Assembly: GCA_030830475.1 (NCBI GenBank)
Contig: JAURMX010000009.1
Location: 5,442-69,441 of the forward strand
Origin: Candidatus Nanopelagicales bacterium
Lineage (GTDB): Bacteria > Actinomycetota > Actinomycetes > Nanopelagicales > Nanopelagicaceae
DNA: 64,000 nucleotides
Direction: 5' to 3'
Of this stretch, positions 50,273 to 61,047 are shown in pieces. The position numbers and the translations under genes were made by a program. Under the pieces are notes generated by a model that saw nothing but the letters and a program-made list of their open reading frames with translations, had not been told where the DNA came from and searched no databases. Within the stretch, counting starts at the first letter, position 1, and the number at the start of each line of letters is the position of its first letter.

Positions 50273-50969
50273 TAGTAATTGGTTTAAGAAATCCGGCTTT
50301 ATTGCCCTGGTTGTTGTTTTCGCTTTAATCTTTGTCCGGCTCGGTTTTTGGCAGTTGGATCGTGCTTCTGAGTTGAAAGAGTTGCAAAAGCCTTATATTG
50401 AGAAACCAATCGTCGCGTTAAGTAAGGTAGCTGCTCCTTCACAAAACCTGAAGGACAGCGCGATTAATCGAATCGTAGAGTTTTCCGGACAGTACGTTGC
50501 ACAGTTTGATGCGCCGGGTCAGATTGATAACCAGGAAAAAATTGGCACCTGGTTAGTTGGATTGCTTGAGGTCAATGGCGGTGGAGCGATTCTGGTCGTT
50601 CGTGGCACCGAAACAGATGAGCTGCCAAAGGGCGAGGTCTTTGTTAAAGGAAGATTGATGCTCCGCCAGTTTGAAAATCGGGCTGCAAAATCTGAAGACC
50701 GGTTAAGTCGATTAGATCCGTCATTGCTAGTGGCTAACTACAACCTGCCGGTTTACGATGGTTACGTTGTGGCGGAATCAGAGATGTTAAACGGCAAACC
50801 CTTAGAGTTGAAGCGGGCACAGGTCGATCCCATTAAGCCGAAGGTGCCGGGTTACTACTGGCAGCACATTTCCTATGTCATTATTTGGTGGCTCATGGCC
50901 CTGGTAGTAGTTTTTCTACCGTTCTATAGCAGGCTGCGGGAAAAGAAGGAAAAGGGGATAGTGCATTGA
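50256..50969 (+). CDS. SURF1 family cytochrome oxidase biogenesis protein
   Basis: N-terminal TM plus LGFWQLDRA motif, and a C-terminal TM after YYWQHISYVIIWW. Typical SURF1 topology. Confidence 0.8.
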   Translation: MMNQSNSNWFKKSGFIALVVVFALIFVRLGFWQLDRASELKELQKPYIEKPIVALSKVAAPSQNLKDSAINRIVEFSGQYVAQFDAPGQIDNQEKIGTWLVGLLEVNGGGAILVVRGTETDELPKGEVFVKGRLMLRQFENRAAKSEDRLSRLDPSLLVANYNLPVYDGYVVAESEMLNGKPLELKRAQVDPIKPKVPGYYWQHISYVIIWWLMALVVVFLPFYSRLREKKEKGIVH

Positions 50970-51271
50970 ACGGTGTAATTAAGCGTTTTAGATTTATGGC
51001 CTTTGCCGCCGGTATCATGTCCCTGCTTCTCTGGTTTGTTGAGCTTCCGGTGGTCTATTTACTTGATGATCCAGAGCTTGCTGCAAAGGTGAAGTGGATT
51101 CCCTTTGTGCATGGCTATGTTTATGCCTTCTATGTTTTGACTGCGATCCACTTTACCGCCAAGGCCCGGTTCACAATTAAGCGGATGATTCTCTTTATCT
51201 TGGCAGGCACCTTGCCGGTCGCTTCATTTGTTGCAGAGCGCAAGGTAACGAGGGAGTTTCCTATTAAATGA
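50966..51271 (+). CDS. DUF3817 domain-containing integral membrane protein
   Basis: 101 aa, 3-4 TM, with the HGYVYAFYVL motif typical of the family. TTG start overlaps the SURF1 stop. Confidence 0.7.
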   Translation: MNGVIKRFRFMAFAAGIMSLLLWFVELPVVYLLDDPELAAKVKWIPFVHGYVYAFYVLTAIHFTAKARFTIKRMILFILAGTLPVASFVAERKVTREFPIK

Positions 51272-52056
51272 GGTTGCGCTCATTAGTTAAATCTCTGGTT
51301 TACCCGATCTACGAAGCCAGGTTGATGGCGCAGTTGGATCTCTCTCGCACTCCGCACCATATTGGGGTAATCCTTGATGGCAATCGGAGATGGTCCAGAG
51401 AAAATCCTTCACCCACGGGGGACACATCTTCATCTCGAGGCCATCGCGCCGGTGCTGAGAAAATCATCGAGTTACTGCAATGGTGCGAAGAGACCGATAT
51501 AAATGTTGTGACTTTGTGGCTGCTATCCAGTGACAATTTGAAGCGCTCGCCACAGGAGTTGGAAAAGTTAATCTCGATAATTGCTGAGACCGTGGATGAT
51601 TTAAGTGCTACTGGAAGATGGCGAATTCGCCCCGTGGGATCACTCGAGTTATTGCCGGAGCAGTTGGCCACCAGATTAAAAAACGCAGAGGCGAAGACCT
51701 CTGCCATTTCAGGCATTACTGTAAATGTGGCGATTGGGTATGGCGGCAGGCTAGAGATCGTGGATGCTTTTAAGAAGTATCTGCAGGAGTGCGAGACGGT
51801 TAGTAAACCCATCACTCAAATTGCTGATGAATTGTCGGTAGCTTCAATTGATAAGTATCTCTACACAGCAGGACAACCAGATCCCGAGTTGGTAATCCGA
51901 ACTTCTGGAGAGCAGCGCTTAGGTGGATTCCTGTTGTGGCAGAGCCATCAGTCAGAGTTTTATTTTTGCGAGGCATACTGGCCAGATTTTCGACGTGTGG
52001 ATTTTTTACGTGCTTTGCGCTCCTATGCCGCGCGAGAGAGAAGATTGGGTAAATAG
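51268..52056 (+). CDS. uppS: Isoprenyl transferase (cis-prenyltransferase, UppS family)
   Basis: HIGVILDGNRRW, RTSGEQRLGGFLLWQ and YAARERRLG motifs. Confidence 0.92.
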   Translation: MRLRSLVKSLVYPIYEARLMAQLDLSRTPHHIGVILDGNRRWSRENPSPTGDTSSSRGHRAGAEKIIELLQWCEETDINVVTLWLLSSDNLKRSPQELEKLISIIAETVDDLSATGRWRIRPVGSLELLPEQLATRLKNAEAKTSAISGITVNVAIGYGGRLEIVDAFKKYLQECETVSKPITQIADELSVASIDKYLYTAGQPDPELVIRTSGEQRLGGFLLWQSHQSEFYFCEAYWPDFRRVDFLRALRSYAARERRLGK

Positions 52057-52064
52057 AGGGTAAA

Positions 52065-52122
52065 CCTCAACCTCTACTTGAGCGTGTCGCGTGATTTCGC
52101 GGCGTTGAGGATTTATCTTTTT
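52065..52122 (+). terminator. Candidate intrinsic terminator after uppS
   Basis: CCTCAAC (52065-52071) pairs with GTTGAGG (52104-52110). An inner GTCGCG/CGCGGC hairpin is enclosed, followed by ATTTATCTTTTT. Confidence 0.4.
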
Positions 52123-52144
52123 CCCAACTCACTTCCCTAGCTTT

Positions 52145-52173
52145 TTGAGCGTGAAATTCACGAACTTTAAGCT
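52145..52173 (+). promoter_or_regulatory. Candidate sigma-A-type promoter of phoH2 with a 13-nt palindrome in the spacer
   Basis: TTGAGC (52145-52150), 17-nt spacer, TAAGCT (52168-52173). Palindrome CGTGAAATTCACG lies at 52150-52162. AAGGAG RBS at 52189-52194 precedes TTG 52201. Confidence 0.3.
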
Positions 52174-52200
52174 CTAGAAAACAGAATAAGAAGGAGTTAC

Positions 52201-53523
52201 TTGGCCCGTAGCAGCTCCGCAGGACGAAAAACCTATGTCCTGGACACCAGCGTTTTGCTGGCTGATCCCACCGCCTTCTTTAGATTTGCCGAGCATGAAA
52301 TCATCATTCCGATCGCTGTAATCGGAGAGTTAGAAACTAAGAGAGATCATCCAGAGCTGGGCTACTTTGCCAGGGCCGCTCTACGTCAACTAGATGATCT
52401 ACGTATTTCACATGGCCGTCTTGATCAACCATTAAAGATTAACGCCTCTGGCGGAGTGCTCTCGGTGGAGCTTAATCACACAGACACTTCATCTCTGCCT
52501 CATGGCTTTTTGCGAGATGGCACAAATGACTCCCGGATTTTGGCCGTGGCTAGAAACCTAGTTAGTGAAGGAAAAGATGTAGTTCTAGTTACCAAAGATC
52601 TGCCGCTGCGGGTTAAGGCTTCCTCAGTTGGTATCTCAGCCGAGGAGTATCGAGCAGAGCTCGCACCCTCAAGTGGTTGGACCGGAATGGTTGATGCCAC
52701 AGTTGGCGGCAAGGTTATCGATGCACTTTATTCCGGGGAAAAGATAAGCGATCCAATCGCTCAGGATTTGCCCTGTCACACTGGAGTTGTTTTGCACTCG
52801 GAAAAAGGAAGTGCACTGGCCAGGGTTACCTCTGACAAATCTCTAGTCTTAGTCCGCGGTGACAAAACCGCATTTGGAATCCATGGTCGCTCGGCAGAAC
52901 AACGCATCGCACTTGATTTATTACTGGACAATGAAATCGGCATCGTCTCACTCGGTGGCCGGGCCGGAACTGGAAAATCTGCGCTCGCACTTTGCGCAGG
53001 TTTGGAGGCGGTCCTCGAACGCAGATTGCATAAGAAGATTGTGGTCTTCCGTCCCCTTTATCCAGTCGGTGGTCAAGAGCTGGGTTACCTTCCAGGCAGC
53101 GAGGGCGAAAAGATGTCGCCTTGGGCTCAGGCGGTTTTTGACACACTTGGTGCTCTTGTCTCTGCGCAGGTTATTGAAGAGGTCATGGATCGGGGATTGA
53201 TTGAGGTTCTTCCGCTAACCCATATCCGAGGTCGCTCGCTGCATGACTCCTTTGTCATCGTTGATGAGGCGCAATCCTTGGAGCGCGGGGTACTGCTAAC
53301 TGTGCTCTCCAGAATTGGACAAGGCTCCCGAGTGGTGTTAACCCATGACATCGCCCAGCGGGACAACCTAAGGGTGGGCCGTCATGATGGAGTGGTCGCG
53401 GTCGTAGAGTCTTTAAAGGGCCATCCGCTTTTTGCCCATGTCACCTTGACCAGATCAGAGCGCTCCCAGATTGCCGCTCTGGTAACGGAGCTTTTGGAGG
53501 ATCCAGTTCAACTCTTTGCTTAG
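52201..53523 (+). CDS. phoH2: PhoH2: PIN-domain RNase fused to PhoH-like ATPase
   Basis: N-terminal PIN (YVLDTSVLL...DSRILAVA), C-terminal PhoH with Walker A GRAGTGKS and Walker B FVIVDEAQ. 440 aa. Confidence 0.9.
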   Translation: MARSSSAGRKTYVLDTSVLLADPTAFFRFAEHEIIIPIAVIGELETKRDHPELGYFARAALRQLDDLRISHGRLDQPLKINASGGVLSVELNHTDTSSLPHGFLRDGTNDSRILAVARNLVSEGKDVVLVTKDLPLRVKASSVGISAEEYRAELAPSSGWTGMVDATVGGKVIDALYSGEKISDPIAQDLPCHTGVVLHSEKGSALARVTSDKSLVLVRGDKTAFGIHGRSAEQRIALDLLLDNEIGIVSLGGRAGTGKSALALCAGLEAVLERRLHKKIVVFRPLYPVGGQELGYLPGSEGEKMSPWAQAVFDTLGALVSAQVIEEVMDRGLIEVLPLTHIRGRSLHDSFVIVDEAQSLERGVLLTVLSRIGQGSRVVLTHDIAQRDNLRVGRHDGVVAVVESLKGHPLFAHVTLTRSERSQIAALVTELLEDPVQLFA

Positions 53524-53760
53524 GGGCAAAACCTCGATTTTTTGGGGTTTCATTACAAAAGGGATAAATTGGACTTTATACGGGCTGAACTGGGGTTTTG
53601 TTATCCACATTTCCTGTGAGATTATCTTTTTTTCCGCCACTCGCAAGGTTTAATTTGCGACTCACCCCGGGCTTTGTCACCCTAAACCCCAATTCCCCCA
53701 AAACTTAAACTCGACTTTTGGCTGCCCTGGGTGGCTGAGACAGATGGAGGCGATTGCTTC

Positions 53761-54330
53761 ATGCTTAGACAACGTCTTGTTGTTGCCAGCGTTGCCTTCG
53801 CGACCCTGTTTATCTCCTCTGTCGAGGTGGCGTATGCCCAACCAACCCTCCCAATCGAAGTCGAGATCACTCCAACCCCAGTCGCCGATCTTCGCGCAGC
53901 TATCCCTGGCGAGACCGAGCCGACCTGGCCCACCTTGCTTGAAATGAATGAGCGCTCCACCGTGATGGCCTGGGACATGTTGATGGTTTCAATAATGATG
54001 AAAAAAGTGGAGCTGGCCCGAACCGCAAAGGGAGCCCGCAAAGTTGGCGCAGAGATCGCTAAGGAGAAGTACGGCTGGGGCAAGTACCAGTTCTCATGTC
54101 TAGATACTTTGTGGACTAAAGAGAGTCATTGGAATTACAGGGCCCGCAATAAGACAAGTGGTGCCCATGGAATTCCGCAGGCTCTACCCGCAACCAAGAT
54201 GGAGATCATCGGAACTGATTGGCGCACCAACCCCGTAACCCAAATTACCTGGGGGTTGCATTACATCGATGTACGTTATGAAACACCTTGCAAGGCGCTA
54301 GCAAAATTCAAGCGCTCCCGTTATTACTAA
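53761..54330 (+). CDS. Secreted transglycosylase-like (SLT_2-type) domain protein
   Basis: Signal peptide [27 protein letters not shown]. The C-terminal [27 protein letters not shown] motif is typical of the small lytic-transglycosylase-like family. Confidence 0.75.
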   Translation: MLRQRLVVASVAFATLFISSVEVAYAQPTLPIEVEITPTPVADLRAAIPGETEPTWPTLLEMNERSTVMAWDMLMVSIMMKKVELARTAKGARKVGAEIAKEKYGWGKYQFSCLDTLWTKESHWNYRARNKTSGAHGIPQALPATKMEIIGTDWRTNPVTQITWGLHYIDVRYETPCKALAKFKRSRYY

Positions 54331-55982
54331 ACCTCTGGCTTTACCCCGATAGTTAATGGCTTGCCGTTGTCGGCAAAAAAATCATTTCCTTTGTCATCAA
54401 CCACGATAAAAGCTGGGAAGTTTTCGACCTCGATCTTCCAGATCGCCTCCATGCCAAGCTCTTCGTAATCCAAAACCTCAACCTTTTTGATGCAATCCTG
54501 CGCCAATCTCGCTGCTGGTCCACCGATTGATCCCAAATAAAAACCGCCATGTTTCTGACAGGCCTGAGTAACCTGTTTGGAACGGTTGCCTTTTGCCAAC
54601 ATCACCATAGAGCCACCAAGTGATTGGAAGTAATCAACATAGGAATCCATGCGACCGGCGGTGGTTGGACCAAAAGAGCCTGAGGCGTAACCGGTTGGGG
54701 TCTTTGCCGGGCCGGCGTAGTAAACCGGATACTTTTTAAAGTACTCCGGCATTGATTTTCCACTATCTACTAGCTCTTTGATTTTGGCATGTGCTAAATC
54801 CCGCGCTACTACCAAAGTTCCGGTGAGAGATACTCGAGTCTTTACGGGATGCTTTGAGAGTTCGGCGAGGATATCTGCCATTGGTTGATTGAGATCAATC
54901 CTCACAACATTGTCATCAAGATGAGAATCAGTTGTCTCTGGCAAGAAATGTGCTGGCTCAGTCTCTAATTTCTCAATAAACACGCCCTCTTTTGTGATCT
55001 TGGCTTTGGCCTGACGATCGGCAGAGCAAGAAACCGCGATAGAGATTGGCAAGGATGCCCCGTGACGCGGTAGGCGAATTACCCGAACATCGTGACAGAA
55101 ATACTTTCCGCCAAATTGCGCGCCGATTCCTAGCTTTTGAGTTAGAGCAAAGACCTCTTTTTCTAGCGCCATATCCCGGAAGGCACGTCCAGTCTTAGCA
55201 TTTCCTTGCGTTGGAAGTGAGTCCAGATACTTGGTGGAGGCCAACTTTGCGGTCTTAGCGGTGAACTCAGCAGAGGTTCCGCCAATAACAATCGCTAGGT
55301 GATACGGCGGACAAGCAGCGGTTCCTAATGAACGCAACTTGTCTTCAAGCCAGGCGATAAAAGCGGTTGGATTTAGAACCGCTTTAGTTTCCTGATACAA
55401 AAATGATTTGTTGGCGCTGCCGCCGCCTTTTGCGATGAAAAGAAAGTTGTACTCATCTGCATGCTCGTAATCTGAGTAAATCTCAATCTGGGCCGGCAGA
55501 TTATTGCCAGTATTTTTCTCCTCCCAGGTCGTCACCGCTGCGAGTTGGGAGTAGCGCAGATTTAATTGAGTGTAGGCATCGTAAATGCCACGAGAGATAG
55601 TTACTTCATCTCTTTCAGAGGTTAAAACCTGTTGCCCTTTTTTGCCCATAACCAATGCGGTGCCGGTGTCCTGACACATCGGTAAAACTCCGCCCGCTGA
55701 GATGTTGGCATTTTTCAATAAATCCAAAGCAACAAAGCGATCATTAGGTGAGCTCTCGGGATCTTCGAGGATGTTTGCTAATTGTTGGAGGTGAGCAGGG
55801 CGCAGGTAATGGTTGATGTCATGAATCGCTACCTGGGTTAGGTTTCTTATTGCTTCTGGGGTGACCTTTAGAAAGCTTCTGCCATCAGTTTCAAAAGTCG
55901 AGACACCCTCTTTGCTGACCAAGCGATACTCGGTGGCATCCTCACCAATTGGGAGGAGATCCTCATAAATGAACTCTGGCAT
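54327..55982 (-). CDS. Fumarate hydratase, class I (Fe-S type, fused alpha/beta)
   Basis: 551 aa with [16 protein letters not shown] and the C-terminal beta-domain YYAGPAKTP...GPTTAGRMD, collinear with FumA/FumB-type enzymes. Confidence 0.92.
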   Translation of the reverse strand: MPEFIYEDLLPIGEDATEYRLVSKEGVSTFETDGRSFLKVTPEAIRNLTQVAIHDINHYLRPAHLQQLANILEDPESSPNDRFVALDLLKNANISAGGVLPMCQDTGTALVMGKKGQQVLTSERDEVTISRGIYDAYTQLNLRYSQLAAVTTWEEKNTGNNLPAQIEIYSDYEHADEYNFLFIAKGGGSANKSFLYQETKAVLNPTAFIAWLEDKLRSLGTAACPPYHLAIVIGGTSAEFTAKTAKLASTKYLDSLPTQGNAKTGRAFRDMALEKEVFALTQKLGIGAQFGGKYFCHDVRVIRLPRHGASLPISIAVSCSADRQAKAKITKEGVFIEKLETEPAHFLPETTDSHLDDNVVRIDLNQPMADILAELSKHPVKTRVSLTGTLVVARDLAHAKIKELVDSGKSMPEYFKKYPVYYAGPAKTPTGYASGSFGPTTAGRMDSYVDYFQSLGGSMVMLAKGNRSKQVTQACQKHGGFYLGSIGGPAARLAQDCIKKVEVLDYEELGMEAIWKIEVENFPAFIVVDDKGNDFFADNGKPLTIGVKPEV

Positions 55983-55984
55983 TT

Positions 55985-56197
55985 TTACTGATTCTCTGTT
56001 TCAGATTTAGCCGCTTCTAACTTGGCTCGGGCACCATCCAGCCACTCTTGGCAGATAGCAGCAAGTTGTTCGCCGCGCTCCCAAAGTTGCAATGACTCTT
56101 CTAGTCCCGCACCGCCGGCTTCAAGAGCGGTAACAACTTTGGCCAACTCATCACGGGCTGCTTCATAGCTGAGATTTTCTTTATTGCTGGAGGCCAT
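55985..56197 (-). CDS. xseB: Exodeoxyribonuclease VII small subunit
   Basis: 70 aa helical protein: [41 protein letters not shown]. Confidence 0.9.
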   Translation of the reverse strand: MASSNKENLSYEAARDELAKVVTALEAGGAGLEESLQLWERGEQLAAICQEWLDGARAKLEAAKSETENQ

Positions 56198-56206
56198 ATT
56201 CGTAAT

Positions 56207-57433
56207 CTACTCGCTTTTCTTTTCTGAACCTGGGCCGGAAGCTGTCGCAACCGCCACACCTTTTGCCAATCGAATCCGAATCTCTTCACCTTTGGTCAAC
56301 GCCGCCGGGTCGGTAACAATCCCACCACCCAACTTTTGAACCACCGCATAGCCTCGATCCAAAGTGGCCTGAGGGGAAAGCGTGCGCACCCGTGCTGCGA
56401 TATGGGAAACCTCGTCATAAGCCCTGACCAATCGAGAGTGCATGCTCATCTGTGATCGGGCTTTCAAACCTTTAACTATCTCTTCGCGGGTTGTCACCAT
56501 AACAATTGGATCCTTCATCACGGGCCGCTGAATTAAATTAACAATTTTGGTCATCTCCAGCACCACCAAATCATTTATCTTTCGATCTGCGCGATCCCGC
56601 AGATTCTTAATTTTGGTCAGCTCTTCCTGGAAATCTGGCACAACTTTCTTGGCCGCATCGGTTGGGGTAGAGGCGCGCAGATCTGCAACTAGATCCAAAA
56701 GCGGGGTGTCCTGTTCATGGCCAATGGCGCTAACAATTGGCTTTGTGCAAGAGGCGGCTAATCTGACCAGCCCTTCATCGGAGAATGGCAAGAGATCTTC
56801 AAAGGAGCCGCCACCTCTTGTAATGATGATGACATCAATCTCCGGATCGGCATCTAACTCGCGCAAGGCATTAGATACTTGAACTACCGCTTCAGCACCT
56901 TGGACCGCTACCTCTCTTGTTTCAAATCGAACCGACGGCCAACGACGACGAGCATTTTCCTTCACATCTTTTTCTGCAGCGCTGGCGCGACCACAAATTA
57001 AGCCAATCTTGTTGGGAAGAAATGGGAGTGGCTTTTTTCTTTCATCAGCAAACAAACCCTCTGCGGCGAGAACTTTCTTTAGCGCTTCAAGGCGAGCAAG
57101 TAATTCACCAACTCCAACCTGTCTTATCTCTTTGGCATTGAGAGAGAGTTTTCCAGTTGGAGTATAAAAATTTACTTTGGAGTGAATAACTACACGGGCA
57201 TTTTCCGAAAGTGGTGAGATAGTTTTGAAAACACCACGTGGGCAGGTGACCTCTAAGTACATATCAACGCTGGGATCACGTAGCCGCATGTAAACCATGC
57301 CAGAACCAGCTCGATCATTTAACTGTGCGATCTCACCTTCAACCCAGATCTGCCCCAAGCGATTGATGTACTCGCTGATGGCCTCTGAGACAACCCTCAC
57401 CGGTACCGGCTTATCACTTGAAGTTTCGAGCAC
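56207..57433 (-). CDS. xseA: Exodeoxyribonuclease VII large subunit
   Basis: OB-fold N-terminus (VWVEGEIAQLN), IGLICGRASAAEKD, ITRGGGSFEDL, SAIGHEQD motifs. Confidence 0.93.
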   Translation of the reverse strand: MLETSSDKPVPVRVVSEAISEYINRLGQIWVEGEIAQLNDRAGSGMVYMRLRDPSVDMYLEVTCPRGVFKTISPLSENARVVIHSKVNFYTPTGKLSLNAKEIRQVGVGELLARLEALKKVLAAEGLFADERKKPLPFLPNKIGLICGRASAAEKDVKENARRRWPSVRFETREVAVQGAEAVVQVSNALRELDADPEIDVIIITRGGGSFEDLLPFSDEGLVRLAASCTKPIVSAIGHEQDTPLLDLVADLRASTPTDAAKKVVPDFQEELTKIKNLRDRADRKINDLVVLEMTKIVNLIQRPVMKDPIVMVTTREEIVKGLKARSQMSMHSRLVRAYDEVSHIAARVRTLSPQATLDRGYAVVQKLGGGIVTDPAALTKGEEIRIRLAKGVAVATASGPGSEKKSE

Positions 57434-57458
57434 GGCGCAATGCTAATAGGATGCGGTT

Positions 57459-58412
57459 ATGGCTAAACGAGTGCTTTTGGCAGCGCCGCGCGGATACTGT
57501 GCTGGTGTTGATAGAGCGGTGGTTACCGTTGAGAAAGCGCTAGATCTATATGGAGCTCCGGTCTACGTACGCAAGCAGATCGTTCACAACATCCATGTGG
57601 TCTCCTCATTGGAGAAAAAAGGCGCGATATTTGTAGATGAAACCGATCAGGTACCAGAGGGTTCAATCGTCATCTTCTCCGCCCATGGCGTATCGCCAAA
57701 GGTTCATCAAGAAGCCTCTTCCAGAAATCTAAAGACTATTGATGCCACCTGTCCTTTGGTTACCAAGGTGCACCAAGAGGCTAAGAGATTTGCCGCCGAT
57801 GACATGCAGATTTTGTTAATTGGCCATGAAGGACATGAAGAGGTTGAAGGCACCGCCGGCGAAGCACCGGATCATGTGAAGTTGATTGATGGGCTGGATG
57901 GAGCCCGTAATGTTGAAATTGATCCAAAACGTCCAGTGGCTTGGTTATCCCAAACCACATTAAGTGTTGATGAAACATTAGAAACAGTAGGCATTCTCAA
58001 GCAGCGTTTCCCGCAGTTACAGGATCCACCATCTGATGACATTTGTTACGCCACCCAAAACCGTCAGGTTGCTATCAAACAGATTGCGCCTCAAGCGGAT
58101 TTAATTTTGGTGGTTGGCTCCCGTAACTCCTCCAACTCGGTTCGCTTGGTAGAGGTGGCGTTGGAGTACGGCGCCAAGTCAGGGCATTTGATTGATTACG
58201 CCAGCGAGGTTAAGGATGAATGGTTTGATGGAGTAGAGACCATCGGAGTTTCAAGTGGTGCATCGGTTCCCGAGATATTGGTTAAGGATTTATTGGCAGA
58301 ACTGGCTCGACGAGGATATGAGGATGTAGAGACTGTCACTGCTTCAGAGGAGCACTTACTGTTTGCTATTCCACCAGAGCTTCGTAAGGATCTACGCGCT
58401 GCGGGTAAGTAA
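57459..58412 (+). CDS. ispH: 4-hydroxy-3-methylbut-2-enyl diphosphate reductase
   Basis: [31 protein letters not shown] (three Fe-S Cys) and SSNS motifs. Confidence 0.95.
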   Translation: MAKRVLLAAPRGYCAGVDRAVVTVEKALDLYGAPVYVRKQIVHNIHVVSSLEKKGAIFVDETDQVPEGSIVIFSAHGVSPKVHQEASSRNLKTIDATCPLVTKVHQEAKRFAADDMQILLIGHEGHEEVEGTAGEAPDHVKLIDGLDGARNVEIDPKRPVAWLSQTTLSVDETLETVGILKQRFPQLQDPPSDDICYATQNRQVAIKQIAPQADLILVVGSRNSSNSVRLVEVALEYGAKSGHLIDYASEVKDEWFDGVETIGVSSGASVPEILVKDLLAELARRGYEDVETVTASEEHLLFAIPPELRKDLRAAGK

Positions 58413-58802
58413 CTGCTTGTTTTCTTTAAAGTAACTCCACCAGCCATACAAAGCGCCAGATATCAAGAATGGTGCAACGCTAGCTAACCCTGAAACGAGA
58501 TCAACACCGAATCTGGTGGGGCTCAAAGAGATTCCGCCAACGGTGGGAAGTAAAACAATCGCTGCTAATCCAAAGGCGATTGGTGGATTTACAACCGCCA
58601 CATAGGTAGTGCCCGGCCTGCCATAAACCAACCCTCCGTAGTAGCAGCCCCATATTGCAAAGCCGGTAACAAAGCCCACATTAGAGCGGAAAAAGATCTC
58701 AATCATCGCGACAAATGCCAGAAATACAAATTGCAAAATAACGATACCTGGCTTAGTTAAGCCGGCACCTCTAATTGGTCCGCTCATCAGAGTCTCCTTC
58801 AT
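58392..58802 (-). CDS. Hypothetical integral membrane protein (4 TM)
   Basis: Four hydrophobic helices with no motif recognised. The start may be ATG 58787. It overlaps the 3' ends of ispH and rmuC. Confidence 0.6.
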   Translation of the reverse strand: MKETLMSGPIRGAGLTKPGIVILQFVFLAFVAMIEIFFRSNVGFVTGFAIWGCYYGGLVYGRPGTTYVAVVNPPIAFGLAAIVLLPTVGGISLSPTRFGVDLVSGLASVAPFLISGALYGWWSYFKENKQLLTRSA

Positions 58803-59928
58803 CTAAATCATCATCAACATCAAATAAATCCTTCGCGGTTAGCTCCTTTGGTGAGATCTGTCGCAGCTCGTCATCAACCTCTTCTAATGCTTTCAATTTA
58901 CTGGAAGAAGGTGCGCCAAGTTTTACCATCTTACGTGCTGGCTTGATTACATTCTCTTCGGCACTCTTGATCAGATCGTTAAAGGCGCGCTCGGTGGATT
59001 TAATGCGATCGCCCAGGGTTTCGATCTTGCTATGGACTTTTCCAATGCGCTTTAACAGCTCGCCAGCCAGATCCTGAATCTCCTGGGCGTTGCGAGCCAA
59101 CTCGGAGCGACCAAATACATAAGCAACGGTGCGCAGCAGCGCCATCATCGTGGTCGGGGTCGCGATAGTTACATTTTTCTCAAAGGCTTTGTGCAGCAAC
59201 TGGGGCTCGACATCGAGAGCCTCACTAAGGATTGATTCAAAAGGAGCAAAGAGAACTACATAATCAGGGGAGTTGCCGGTCTCCTGATAACCACGTTTTG
59301 CCAAGGCATTCACATGTCCCATCAAATCTTTGGCATGGGCCTGCATCAACCTTGTGCGCTCTGTCGGATCCTTTTCAACTACCGCTTCGAGGAATCGATC
59401 AAATGGAAACTTGGAGTCGATAAAGATCTCGCTGCCACCAGGAACGGCAATCTTGATATCTGGCTTTGAGATATCGGTACCGGTAGTGCGGTAATCCTGT
59501 TTGAAGAAATGAACATTCTCAATCAACCCGGCATTTTCCAAAAGGGTTTCTAATTGTGCTTCACCATATTTACCGCGGGTTTGAGAGTTGGAGAGGGCGC
59601 CAGCGAGCTTTGTGGTTTCACGTAGCAATGTTTCATTACCCAACTTCATATTTTCGATCTGGGTGCGCATCTCAGATTCAGCGCGGGTGCGCTTGAGCTC
59701 CGCCTCTTGGGCTTGCGTGGTTAATTGCGCCATTCCAGTGGTGACCGCACGAAGCTGTTCGTTGAGGGTGGTAAGTCGGTTTTCCTCCTCGCGCATCACA
59801 TCGATTTGAGAGTTGAGCAGAGCAACCTTGCCCTTTTCGCTGTTTAATCGAATAACTCCAATGACCAGGCCGACCACTAATCCGATCAATAGCCCGATGA
59901 TGAGATACAACGCACCGTTCATGGCCAT
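58771..59928 (-). CDS. rmuC: DNA recombination protein RmuC
   Basis: N-terminal TM, long coiled coil, and a C-terminal RmuC nuclease-like domain (PDYVVLFAPFES, ATPTTMMALL). Confidence 0.9.
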   Translation of the reverse strand: MAMNGALYLIIGLLIGLVVGLVIGVIRLNSEKGKVALLNSQIDVMREEENRLTTLNEQLRAVTTGMAQLTTQAQEAELKRTRAESEMRTQIENMKLGNETLLRETTKLAGALSNSQTRGKYGEAQLETLLENAGLIENVHFFKQDYRTTGTDISKPDIKIAVPGGSEIFIDSKFPFDRFLEAVVEKDPTERTRLMQAHAKDLMGHVNALAKRGYQETGNSPDYVVLFAPFESILSEALDVEPQLLHKAFEKNVTIATPTTMMALLRTVAYVFGRSELARNAQEIQDLAGELLKRIGKVHSKIETLGDRIKSTERAFNDLIKSAEENVIKPARKMVKLGAPSSSKLKALEEVDDELRQISPKELTAKDLFDVDDDLDEGDSDERTN

Positions 59929-59973
59929 ATCGTGGCAGTAAGCACTGACAATCACGGTTAGGCTCTACCCCTT

Positions 59974-61047
59974 GTGAGCCTCTCTATCGGAATCGTCGGT
60001 CTGCCGAATGTCGGAAAATCGACCCTCTTTAACGCTCTGACCAAGAACAATGTTCTGGCGGCCAACTACCCATTTGCCACTATCGAGCCCAATGTCGGAG
60101 TAGTTGGCGTCCCGGATTCCCGCCTAGATGTTCTGGCCAAAATCTTTGGCTCGGAGAAAATCATCCCCGCCGCAGTTTCCTTTGTAGATATCGCCGGTAT
60201 CGTAAAAGGCGCATCAGAGGGTGCTGGCCTTGGTAATAAGTTCCTTGCCAATATCCGGGAAAGCGATGCAATATGCCAGGTAATTCGAGTTTTTAGTGAT
60301 GGCGATGTCGTTCATGTTGACGGCCGGGTCGATCCGGCAAGTGATATCGAAACAATTAACACCGAGTTACAACTCGCAGATCTACAAACTATTGAAAAAG
60401 CAATCCCCAGAATTGAAAAAGAGGCAAGGCAAAACAAAGAGCGCGCTGCTGTTTTAGATGCTGTGAAGGCCGCCGAAAAAGTAATCGCAGATGGTAAGTT
60501 GCTTTCTCAATCTGAGGTTGATCTCTCTCTAATCAAAGAGCTTGGTTTATTGACAGCGAAACCCTTTCTATATGTTTTCAATGTTGATGCCGCAGAGTTA
60601 GCAGATACCGCACTGCGTAAGAACTTATCTGATCTAGTGGCACCAGCTGAGGCAATCCTTCTTGATGCTAAGACAGAGGCAGAGCTTTCCGAGTTAGATG
60701 ATGCCGAAGCGTTAGAACTTCTCAAATCAATTGGTATGGAGGAGCCAGGTTTAGCAACTTTGGCCCGGGTTGGTTTTGCAACACTTGGATTGCAAACCTA
60801 CTTAACCGCCGGACCCAAAGAGGCCCGCGCCTGGACGATTCACAAAGGGAACACCGCTCCAGAGGCTGCTGGAGTAATTCATACCGATTTCCAAAAAGGC
60901 TTTATCAAAGCCGAAATTATTTCATTTGATGATCTCGTTGCTGCGGGCTCGATGAATGAAGCCAGAGCAAAAGGAAAGGTCAGAATGGAAGGCAAGGAGT
61001 ACATAATGCGTGACGGAGATGTAGTGGAGTTCAGATTCAATGTCTAA
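59974..61047 (+). CDS. ychF: Redox-regulated ATPase YchF (Obg-like)
   Basis: [31 protein letters not shown]-terminal TGS-like [10 protein letters not shown]. Confidence 0.95.
   Translation: MSLSIGIVGLPNVGKSTLFNALTKNNVLAANYPFATIEPNVGVVGVPDSRLDVLAKIFGSEKIIPAAVSFVDIAGIVKGASEGAGLGNKFLANIRESDAICQVIRVFSDGDVVHVDGRVDPASDIETINTELQLADLQTIEKAIPRIEKEARQNKERAAVLDAVKAAEKVIADGKLLSQSEVDLSLIKELGLLTAKPFLYVFNVDAAELADTALRKNLSDLVAPAEAILLDAKTEAELSELDDAEALELLKSIGMEEPGLATLARVGFATLGLQTYLTAGPKEARAWTIHKGNTAPEAAGVIHTDFQKGFIKAEIISFDDLVAAGSMNEARAKGKVRMEGKEYIMRDGDVVEFRFNV

Noticed and set aside
51309-51815. A 168-aa ORF antisense to uppS.
   Set aside because: uppS on the + strand has unambiguous family motifs, while the antisense ORF has none. 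It is a typical long shadow ORF.
53524-53760. A specific assignment of the leader to the c-di-AMP (ydaO) riboswitch class.
   Set aside because: I could not find the conserved pseudo-symmetric ACGGGG/CCGA-type core elements by eye. Without a covariance-model scan the assignment is unsupported.
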